Below are positions 53,650 through 64,000 of a stretch of 64,000 nucleotides of DNA, in pieces. The DNA lies in contig NC_068985.1 in the NCBI RefSeq assembly GCF_001194135.2, forward strand, positions 32,293,300 through 32,357,299. Reading direction: 5' to 3'. Source of the DNA: Octopus bimaculoides (lineage: Eukaryota). Position 1 is the first letter of the stretch. Every line of letters begins with the position of its first letter. Both the position numbers and the translations under genes were made by a program. A model generated the notes under the pieces. It ran no database searches. It saw nothing but the letters and a program-made list of their open reading frames with translations, and had not been told where the DNA came from.

Positions 53650-55570
53650 TAAGTTTAGAGGTAATACTTGATGAGTGTAAGCACCTGTATATGCCAAGAC
53701 AGCTGCAGAAGAAATACCTAGCCAAAGATAAACATGTAGAAAGCCTTCGACAGGGTCCCCCGATCCCTTATCTGGTGGTCAATGAGGAAAATAGAGATAG
53801 ATGAATGGTTAGTGAGAGCTGTGCAAACCATGTACAGGGATGCTGTTAGTAAGGTGAGGGTTGGCAACATGTACAGTGAAGAATTCTGGGTAGAGATAGG
53901 GGTCCACCAAGGTTTAGTCCTCAGCCCCCTTCTATTTATCATAGTCCTCCAGGCAATAACAGAGGAATTCAAGACAGGATGCCCCTGGGGACTCCTCTAT
54001 GCTGATGACCTTGCTCTAATTGCTGAGTCATTACCAGAACTAGAGGAGAAGTTTCAGATGTGGAAGCAAGGATTAGAATCAAAGGGCCTTAGAATCAACC
54101 TAGCTAAAACCAAAGACCTAATAACTAGGAAGGCAGACAAACCACAAATCCCTTCAGGTAGATGGCCCTGCTCAATCTGTAGAAAAGGCATAGGTAGAAA
54201 CTCTATAAGATGTATCCAGTGTAAGCTATGGACACATAAGAGGTGCAGCAATATCAAAGGAAGGCTAACTGGGAAGATAGTTTTTGTATGTGGCAAATGC
54301 TCAGGATCAACAAACACTGAAAATGTGCAGAGAACAACTTCTGTCACATTCCAGGGAGAAAAACTAGAAGTAGTTGACAGCTTCCGTTACCTGGGTGACC
54401 AAGTCAGTAACAGGGGTGGTTGCTCTGAAAGTGTAGCTGCTAGAATAAGAATAGCCTGGGCAAAGTTCAGAGAGCTTCTACCTCTGCTGGTGAGAAAGGG
54501 CCTTTCACTCAGAGTAAAAGGTAGACTGTATGATGCATGTGTACAAACAGCCATGCTACATGGCAGTGAAACATGGGCTGTGACTGCTGAGGACATGCGT
54601 AAGCTTGCAAGGAATGAAGCCAGTATGTTTCGCTGGATGTGTAATGTCAGTGTGCATACACCACAGAGTGTAAGTGCCTTGAGAGAAAAGTTGGACCTAA
54701 GCAGTATCAAATGTGGTGTGCAAGAGAGACAACTGCTCTGGTATGGTCATGTGGTGAGAATGGATGGGATAGCTGTGTCAAAAAGTGTCAAATCCTATCG
54801 GCTGAGGGAACCTGTAGAAAAAGTAGACCCAGGAAGACCTGGGATGAGGTGGTGAAGCACGACCTTTGAACATTGGGCCTCACCAAGGCAATGACTAGTG
54901 ACCAAGACCTTTGGAAATACGCTGTGCGTGAGAAGACCTGGCAAGCCAAGTGAGACATAACCCATGGCCTATGCCAGTGGTGTAACCAACCCACTTATGC
55001 ATACCTTTCTTTCATTGGACACTAAACTCTGCTTGCAAAGACCTGTTGAGGCAAATGAAATCGAAATCAAATTTGCTGATGTGGTCAATGATAGCACTGC
55101 CTGACTGGCATCTGTGCTAGTGGAACGTTAAGAGCACCATCCGAGCGTGATCGTTGCTAGGGGCGTTGAATGGCTTCCATGCCGGTGGCATGTATAAAGC
55201 ACCATTCAAGCATGATCATTACCAGCGTCGTCTTACTGGGACTTATTCCAGTGGCACATGAAAAACAACATTCGAGTGAGGTCGTTGCCAGTGCCGCTGG
55301 ACTGGCTCCTGTGCAGGTGGCACATAAAAAACACCATTTGAGCATAGCCGTTGGCAGTACTGCCTGACTGGCCCTCGTGCCGGTGGCACGTAAAAGCACC
55401 CACTACACTCTCAGAATGGTTGGCGTAAGGATGGGCATCCAGCAGTAGAAACTCTGCCAGATCAGATTGGAGCCTGGTGCAGCCATCAGGCTCGCAAGTC
55501 CTCAGTCTAACCGTCCAACCCATGCCAGCATGGAAAGCGAACATTAAACGATGATGATGATGATGATGAT
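53650..55570 (+). mobile_element. RTE-clade LINE 3' portion (357-aa RT ORF at 53782-54855) plus 3' UTR repeats
   Basis: GVHQGLVLSPLLF, LLYADDLAL, WAKFRELLPLL and MLHGSETW. Ends in (GAT)n. Confidence 0.93.
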
Positions 55571-56253
55571 GATACATACATATATATATGTGTGTTTGTG
55601 TCTTTGTATCTGTGTTTGTCTCCAATCACCACTTGACAATTGGTGTTGGTGTGTTTGCGTCCCTGTAACTTGGTGGTTCATCAAAAGTGACCAATAGAAT
55701 AAGTACCAAGCTTAAACAATTAGTACTGGGGTTAATTCAGTCAACTAAAAATTCAAGGCTGCAGTCTAATGACTGAAACAAATAAAAGATAAAAGATCTT
55801 GGGCGATTTAATTCTATCAAGTCAAGCCACCATGTGGATGCTTCTCTTATCAGTTTGATATGGTTAGTATGCATTTTCAAATGAAGGTGGTGGATGGCAG
55901 AATCAGTAGAGCACTGGATAAAATGCTTTGCGAGATATAATTACACTCTTATACTTTCTGAGTTCTAATATCACTAGAGTTTTTTTTGCTGTTTGTCCCA
56001 CAAAGATCACATTAATAAATACCAGTAATATACAAGATTTGCTTCAATTGATGCGTAACCCATATTAGAAATCATTATTGTATCCTTCTTTCTTGATATA
56101 TATAAGGGTCAATCCAAAGATTTCTGTGGGCTTGGGAAGCTGAATTTCAGCACTCTTACAGGTATAATTCTAAAATCTTTTGACAAGTTGTCTAACAGGA
56201 TATAGTGTCCCTTTAATCACACGTGTGTGCGCGCACACACACACACACACATA

Positions 56254-56284
<31 letters not shown>

Positions 56285-57739
56285 TGGTAGTCCTAAGCTG
56301 TAAATAAAAGTGATCACACTTGTAAAATCTGCCTACTTGATTTATCATTGAAAAACAACATGACAGATTGTAAAAGTTGCAAATGAAGAAACAGAGTATT
56401 TATTACAGTTTACTACATGTAAGAAAAAATATTTTATCATATTTCTGTTATTATTTTGACATTTTTCCCTTGTTAATGGAAGATTCCAAACACGATGTGA
56501 TGTCCTTACCAACCACCACCACCACCACCATCAGTATGTGGTATCCTCAAGCATCTGTTCCAGGATGACAGTATAAATTGCCAGTACCTTCAGGCAGTTC
56601 CTGAAGCAAGTCCACAACTAAGTAGGTCTCAGTATTATATAATGGGATTGGCCTCAAGCATGTTTGTAAAGCTTTTGGAAAATAAATAAATAAAATAAAA
56701 TAAAAATGCACAACTTATTTCTGCTCCAGATTACTATGTTTAATATAGCTAGTAGATAATCTCTTGCAATGAGGTTGTTCATCTCTTGCTTACAAATACT
56801 TAAACATAAACATAATTCTAATTAAATATGACAGAATTGTTTGTTTATATAGATAGTAAAATTTTTGTAAACAAAGGTGAACAGGTATGACTATGTGGTA
56901 AGAAGTTTGCTGCTCATCCACATGGTTCCAAGTTCAGTCCCACAGTGTGGTAACTAGGACAAATGTCTTCTACTACAACCTCAGGCCAACCAAACCCTTG
57001 TGGGTGGATTTGGTAGACAGAAACTGAAAGAAGCCCATCATCATCATCATCATCATTGTTTAATGTTTGCCTTCCATGTTGGCATGGCTGGCGATTAAGA
57101 AGACCCAGCAAGTAAAGTGAAATTGCAGCCATGGCCAATGCCAGTGTTGCATGATCAGCCCATTTAAAAGTACCTTTGATATGCTTGAGAAGACCTGTTG
57201 AGTCAAGTAAAATTGAAATTGTAGCTGTGGCTAGTGCTGCCTGACTAGCTCCCGTGCCGGTGGCACGTACAATGCACCATCAGAAGGTGGTTGATGCCAG
57301 TGCTCCCATGCCAGCAGAATATAAAAAGCACCCACAATACTCTCGGAGTGGTTGACGTTAGGAAGGGCATCCAGCTGTAGAAACATTGCCAGATCAGATT
57401 GGAGCGTGGTGCAGCCCACTGGCTTGCGAGACCTCAGTCAAACTGTCCAACCCATGCCAGCATGGAAAGCGGATGTTAAATGATGATGATGATGATGATA
57501 TACATGTGTGTGTGTGTGTGTGTGTGTATTTATATAATGATAAGTTATATTTGGGTATATATATGTATGTACGTATGTATGTATGTATGTATGTATGGAT
57601 ACACTAAATTATTTATTTGTTTCTTGAAAATATAAAGGTCAGCTTAGGTCAATTTGAATGTCTGATTGTTTTTGTTGTATCCTGATTGCATGGTTGTTCT
57701 ATGGTTTTATTTAATGGAATTTCATTATCAGCCTGCAAT

Positions 57740-58330
57740 CATTATCATGCAACCATAGCATGGACTGGTTTCCCAACACATCACTCTGAATGACAAAGTT
57801 GGAAGGGGCCTCAATGCAGCTGGTTTCTCATCAGAAGTGGAGCCAGTAGGTCTTGACTGCAGGGATGGTAAGCACTGTGACAGAATAGCTCTCTTCCCAT
57901 ATGAGGGAGGCAGTTCCCTACTCTGGGACATGGTTGGTGGTGAAACATTCTCTGGCTCCAACCTTACTGCAAACTTGGGTATAGCTACCCAAAATGCAGA
58001 GAAGCAAAAGATAGAAAAATATAGGAGCCTGACCAGCTGCTATCAGTTTGTGCCAACCACCATCAAGACCTCAGGTGTTCTCAGACTCCACACTGCTGAT
58101 TTCCTCTGCAAAATCAGGATAACTGCCATCTGTCTGAGAAATGAGTCCCACAAGGTAGGAATGACTGTTGCAGCAAGTGTTGCTGGCTATTCTCCGCAGC
58201 GATGCCTTTGCAATTATGTCCATGAGGCACAGCTGAACATGTCATTTGGTCTGGAGAGTACAACTCATTATCTTCTTCACCCCATGTCCTACTGCTTACT
58301 CGCCCCATTTCTTTTTCAATTTCTTTGTTT
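57740..58330 (+). mobile_element. CRE-like non-LTR retrotransposon, restriction-like endonuclease C-terminal fragment
   Basis: EPVGLDCRDGKHCDRIALFPYEGGSSLLWD..ETF..AEKQKIEKY..FVPTTIKTSGVL resembles the CRE pattern RxDGKRPDG.T.FPW..G+.L.WD..F.P..+ET.G. Confidence 0.65.
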
Positions 58331-58719
58331 CCTTTATAAAGTAAGTTATGAGGATTTTTTTTCTGGATAATTTCGTTTTTTATACTCTCAGTTGTTTTTT
58401 CTAAAATATGTTGATAATAAATAGCAGCCTATCAGCTGTAAAACAAAATGGGGGTAAAGAAAAGCAACAGCTAATCTATGAAGGAGATTATATCATTATA
58501 TATTCTACATTTAATGTTCAAGTTAAAGTATTATTAATTCTTTTTACTATAAAAATTGTTTCTAAAATGTATTTTAATCATCTTGAGATTTAAGATTACT
58601 TTTTCACTTTTTCAATGTATATTTTTTAGTTTCACACATACAATGCATTTTTTTTACTCATGTAATACTAGTTGTTTTTTGTTTTTTCATTCATATAATA
58701 CTAGTTTTCCTTCTAATGG

Positions 58720-59270
58720 TTGTTCCTTGTTGTGGTGGAGGGGCTTGCATGGATCAATGACTCTGAGAGCTATGTTGTCAGGAGTTCTAAACTCCTGGTA
58801 GGGTCATCCTTGGCAGCAAGGTTAAGGATGAAGACCCAGACTAAGTGCAACCAATCCCCAAAGACCCCCAACAGTGGAACAAGTGGATGATGACTACAAC
58901 AAATCTGAACCAGTGGATGAAGAGGGCTATGCATGATGAACATACTATAGAAGGTGCCACTGAAAACCACAACCAGGTCAGCAGCAGTCCATTGCAGTTT
59001 CATAACTGGATCTTGCATGTTTCACTCTATACGTGCTGCTGAGGAAGGTCATGAAGCCAAGTGTGTGGGACACTTCCTGGAAAGTTGAGGTCCACCTTAA
59101 ACAAATCCATGCCATTGGCACTTTATTCTACTCTGATTGTCTACTTCCAACAAATTCCTGCAAAGCCCAATGGCGATAGGGAATGGATGATGGGAGCAGG
59201 TTTTGGTGAAACTGGAAGCTTCTAGTCCCAAACCTGTATATTGGCAGTGAATGTGTGATGGTCGCTTTCT
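58720..59270 (+). mobile_element. RTE-type LINE 5' UTR fragment
   Basis: CCTTGTTGTGGTGGAGGGGCTTGC...GAGCTATG...CCTGGTAGGGTCA resembles RTE 5' ends as I recall them. Confidence 0.5.
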
Positions 59271-59699
59271 TAAGATCCAGTGACTGTGAAATTGTGATCC
59301 CTATATTTTACATATAAGATCATTTTTTTTACTATAAAATTTTTGTTTTCTAGATATGAAATTGTGACCATGTAAATTTTAAAATGTAATTTTTTCTGTT
59401 CATGGTAAAAATGGCAAAATATGAGTGAATATTTATTTTATGAGTGCTGTTTATTAAGCCTGTAAAATTGTGCATAAAGTATATATATAAAGTGCATTAA
59501 GTAATCACCATATTCCAATTTCCTTCACTTTTCAATGAATAGCAGATGAGTGACTATCTTTTGAGACAAATACAACAGGCTACACTTTCAAGTATTTTGG
59601 ATAAAGTTTTCAAGAATAACCCAATCAGTTAACTATTAATTCTGTGAAATATTCATGGGCTCCACTGATTAACATGATTTTCTGTGCAAGGCAACTCCA

Positions 59700-61000
59700 A
59701 GAGAAAAGCAGGGAACAATAAAAATCCACTTTTCTTGTTTTCTATGACTTGAAAAAGGCGTTGTTAGTGTTCCAAGAATTGCTATGCGGAAGAGTCTTCA
59801 TTGTTTTGGATGACCCTCTGGTTCAAGCAATGCATGACAATATGTCTGGACGTGTATTCCACCAGAACATGCTGTCAGAAGAATTTCCAATCATGTGTGG
59901 AATAAAACAAGGATGTGTCTTAGCACCTGTGCTATTCTCCTTGCATCTGGCTGCAATTCTTCATGAAGTTCTTCCAGATAAACCAGGAGTTGACATTAAA
60001 TATCAATATGATGGAGGACTTTTCACTCTTAGTAGATTTCAGTCTAAACATCTAATACACATGCAGCACATCTCAGAACTTCAATATGCTGATGAAAATG
60101 CTGCCTACTATCATACAAAAGAAGAACTCCAACAGTCTGTGAACAACTTTGCTATGGCCTACCATCACTTTGGCCTTACAATACACATCGAGAAAACAAA
60201 GGTCCTTGCACATCTAGCCCCAAATACAATCTTACCAGATTTTGATGTCACTATTTTGGATACATCTCTTGAAAAAGTAGAGCATTTTCCATATCTAAGC
60301 AACCTTTTATCAAACAAGTGCACCTCAGAAAAGGATGTGAAACACAGAATTGGAGCTGCACACAGGGCATTTGGAAAGTTAACCAAATGCATCTTCAACA
60401 ACAAAGATCTTAACTTAACAACTAAAACTTTGGTTTATAATGCTGTTGTCATCTCAACTTTGCTATATGGCTGCAAAATCTGGACTCTATATCATCGCGA
60501 CATCCAAAAGTTAGAACAATTTCACCAACAAAAGCTTCATTCAATCTTGAGCATCAAATGGGAACACTGTGTAACCAACAAAGTCTTGGAAAGAACCAAA
60601 AAAGTGTTGAATCACTGATCATGAAACACCATCTTCAATGGTTAAGACATGTAGAAAGAATGGAAGAGTCAAGGTTCCCACACCAAGTCTTATTCCGCAA
60701 GCTCACTTCAGGAAAAAGACCATGGAGTTGCTTTCTTCGAAGGACCAACTCAAAGCGACATCTGAAACATAAACCTGAGACTGTACCAAGTGGCAGTGTT
60801 CCATCACTATCGAAACCAAAAACTTTGAAGCCACCAAAAGAGAAAAGAAAGAAATTGAATGACAGGAGAGAAAGGCTTGACAAAATCAACTTCATCCTCC
60901 ACCAACATTGCCATGCAATCAATGCTATTGTCTCTTCTATGCAAGAATTGGTCTACAGAGTCATCAACAGTATCACCAAAAAGGAAGTGTTCAGTAAAGA
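59700..61000 (+). mobile_element. RTE-clade LINE RT 3' fragment (289-aa ORF at 59749-60618)
   Basis: GIKQGCVLAPVLFSL, ELQYADE, FPYLSNLL, TLLYGCKIWTL and HLQWLRHVERM. Confidence 0.9.
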
Positions 61001-62399
61001 AGAAAATAAATACTTGGATACAAGATAAAAACAACAACGAATACTAGTTTTCTCATTAAAGTATAAAGTTTAAAATTGATGGATTGGTTTAAACAGAATC
61101 GTCATATAATAGCATTTCAAACTTAAAATCATTAGAGATGGATTTTTTTTATATTTCATATAATAAAGTGTTAAAAAAAAATTTTTTTTAATAAATGAAT
61201 ATTTTATTTGCAGAATATCATGGCCAGTTTAGAAAATATGTAGTGTTCAAGTCATTCAAAAATTTTGAGGGAAATAGTATCTGCAAACAAAAAATGTGAT
61301 AGGAAAGAGAAGGTGAACAGAGAGTGGGGTGCTTATCTATGTGTTTATTTAAATTCAAGGTAAAATTTTGCATTAAATACAATAGTTACACATATGAGTA
61401 GCTGGTGATGCTAAGTATAAGGCATTGCTTAAACATACTCTAAAATACTGTGCTGTTATATCAATTGTGTAAATAGAAATGACCCATCTCACATTAATGA
61501 AATGCACAATTGGGAAGGTGTCAAATGGAACATAGTATTAAACCTGTATAGTCACAGTCTAGACAAAGATGCTTATATATTGTTCATTATCTTTTTCAAA
61601 CGCAGTCTTTAAATATGAGAATTAAAAAAGTCTTCATGTCTTTTTATCTATTATTACTAAAGAAACCTATTGGTTTAGTCCTTTTCTTTCTCAGCTACAC
61701 CTAACAAACATAATAGTAAGAGCATATTCTCCAAATATTGTTGGTCACTTCTATTTTCCTTTCTATCCACTGTTACTTTAAGCTGTTGAGAACTATCTTT
61801 TCTCCTGAATAGGATACCAGTCCATTCTAAATGTTTAACAGATTTGATTTGAACTCATAATTAAGCTAACAAAATATTACTTATAGAATATTTATACTGT
61901 TTGAAATTTTGCTTTCACCGAATATCTTAGCTATATATAGTGGGTCACCAAGAAGTAGCATACGAGTCCATTTATAAAGTGCTGAACTGGTGAGATATAT
62001 ATTGGCAATCCACTAGACTAATTCCTGATTGCTTTGACCCTCATTGAATTCAAATTAAAAAATCAGATTTAAGACAGATAGGCATTTATCCATTTAGAAT
62101 TTTATACTTTTATTTTACAGAGGTATTTTGGATACAATCTACATAGAATTGCTCCCAGATCAGCTAAAGCTGCAAGCATTTACCTTAACTATCGGTATTA
62201 ATACTGCATATTTTTTCTATTGATATTTGATCAAGTAACTCATTAGGTTCCACTGCAATATTCACAATGTAACACCCATAAAAAGCTATATTTTCCTTCT
62301 ATCTTTTTTTAAAGATATAATTGTGACTACATCTTGTATGTGGAGTTCCTATGAAATGTAAAAAAGCCTAGTGCTGTCATATGTAGGAAGTACAGTTGT

Positions 62400-62940
62400 A
62401 GCAGCTGTGCTTTATTCACTAGTAGAGAATTAAGAGAGAGCTTTTGCTTCTTAGACATGTACAGTGTCTATGTTTAAGTACTGTTGATCATCACTATATT
62501 GTCAAAGCCTTGTACTAAAATTTGAAACTGAATCAACAAATTGCCAAGTAAAAATCACAACACTGCAACATCTTGTTCGTATGAGTGGCTGAGTTATGGA
62601 CCAATCAGTAGCCAGACATCACATGATAGGTCATTCTAGAAGTTGCCAGGATATGTTTTGAGCCCCAACTACGCAGTGTTGAAGATGACTGGGTAAAATG
62701 TCATCTTTGCTCTCATCAGGCAATTTGAGCCTAAACCAGCTGATTCATTCATTTGCTACTTTTCAAAGTTGTTCTAATGGCTATTTACTCAACCTAGTGG
62801 ACAGTAGCCATAGTTCACCATCATGAACCCTGTCTTGGCAGCTTCATTACAGAACCTTTTTAATCAACTATTTGTAAGAGCTACAGAATTGTTACTTCCA
62901 CAACAGCCTCACTGCAGGACATTTTGAAAGCTCCCATGAA
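62400..62940 (+). mobile_element. Possible decayed pogo-like transposase tail (PHD-like remnant)
   Basis: Only EDDWVKCHLCSH is recognisable, and all frames are broken. Confidence 0.25.
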
Positions 62941-63442
62941 TGAAAGATATGCAGATTTGGTATGGAATTTTAAGATTGTGAGTTGATTTTGTCAACAAGT
63001 GGAAAATAAGTGAAGATTATTAGATGATGATGATGATGATATTTGCTCTTGCACATCTCTGACTGAGGAGGCTTATAATTAAAGGTATTCCAGGTGTAAC
63101 CATTTCATCTTTTTTCCTGGGTACAGTGTATCTTGAACTACATTATCTATTGTTACTTTTTCTAAAACAATAAAATGCAATTTGAAGGAAATTAAGTGAC
63201 CATATTGTTGGCTCATTAGGTAATTATTCTTGTTTAGCTCTACGTTGTAATCAAACATACATATAGTCAAAGACTGTTCATTGTGGTCATATTATCTTTT
63301 TTCAGTATATCTATGACTGCACTATGCAATGTATCTATCATTTTTCAGAGTAGTGGTATGTGATTTGAAGAAGATTTGGCTTCTTTTTAAGCTAGACTGA
63401 GTGACTGAATAGAATTTTACCCATTGGCTCAATGATGTAGTC

Positions 63443-63654
63443 CAGTGCTACTCAAAGTAGTGGTCCGCAGACCAGTGCCAGGCTGCGAGCCATCAGCTGC
63501 CGGTATGTGGCGAGTTTCCAGAAAAGAAACATTATAAAATGCTTATGAAATGCTTATTGTATTATTTGTTTACAAAATAAATATAAGATAAGAATACTTG
63601 TCAAAACTGCCATTGGAGAAAAAACTGTCACATCAGATAGTTTGAGAAACACTG
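63443..63654. mobile_element. hAT-type MITE (212 bp) with perfect 8-bp TSD
   Basis: TIRs CAGTGCTACTCAAA and TTTGAGAAACACTG (12/14 match). ATGTAGTC is duplicated at 63435-63442 and 63655-63662. Confidence 0.9.
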
Positions 63655-63699
63655 ATGTAGTCTGTGGTGTGTGCGTACGAGTAGATGTAATCGCCTTAC

Positions 63700-64000
63700 C
63701 TCGATTTTCCTTTCCTCGACTGCGAGTCCGTCTTGCGGTATCCGATCCTTGAAGCTTGCCCTGACCCAAGATACACCAGGTATAGCAGCTGCTTCTCCCA
63801 AACCTTCCCAAACCTAGACCGTCGCTTAACACGTCTTGTCCTGACCGCAGCCCCGTTCGAAAAAAGGGCACGAACGCCGATCGAGGCTCCCTCTGCCCTG
63901 TTTCCCCTTCCGGTCGACTCGCCCTTCCGGTCAGCCTCCCCAGACACTGACGTCATACCACACGCCACCCTGATCTTAAAGATCACGTTCACCCTACTCC
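63700..64000 (-). promoter_or_regulatory. GC/CpG-rich promoter and probable first exon of an unidentified minus-strand transcript
   Basis: Sharp GC/CpG rise. CRE palindrome TGACGTCA at 63948-63955, two ETS-type CCGGAAG sites (63907-63913, 63924-63930) and a strong donor GAG|GTAAGG at 63700/63699. Confidence 0.55.

Noticed and set aside
61931-62194. Two plus-strand exon-like segments (LYIVGHQEVAYESIYKVLN; YFGYNLHRIAPRSAKAASIYLNYR)
   Set aside because: The strongest acceptor (62120) creates TGA at the junction. No start, upstream exons or family similarity could be found.
63090-63125. About 20-nt similarity (MKWLHLE vs VKWLQLE) between 63.1 kb and 36.09 kb on the minus strand
   Set aside because: Too short. 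Chance or a shared decayed repeat explains it.

Overview
AT-rich animal genomic DNA with dense microsatellites and six N-gaps. The SINE/LINE repertoire suggests a cephalopod (Octopus); this is inference, not a search result. One protein-coding gene can be fully reconstructed: PEX19 on the minus strand, with 8 coding exons from 33907 down to 3679 (1191 nt, 396 aa). All splice sites are GT-AG with consistent phases, and the protein has the Pex3-binding motif (ELIELLDSALQDF), the C-terminal cargo domain and a CaaX box (CSIM). The rest is mostly decayed mobile DNA: RTE, R4/Dong-like, CRE-like, CR1/L2 and Penelope-like retroelements, Tc1/mariner, a hAT MITE and several SINE families. A CpG-rich promoter/first-exon-like block lies at the right edge, and its gene body could not be identified. 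The most interesting points are the PEX19 N-terminal extension and an in-frame upstream ORF ending at a single TGA-C, a long inverted repeat in intron 1, inverted SINEs flanking frame-preserving exons, two adjacent elements with CACAATG/CACAGTG-type ends, and orphan splice signals between 35 and 64 kb. I cannot support a wholly new biological system from this sequence.
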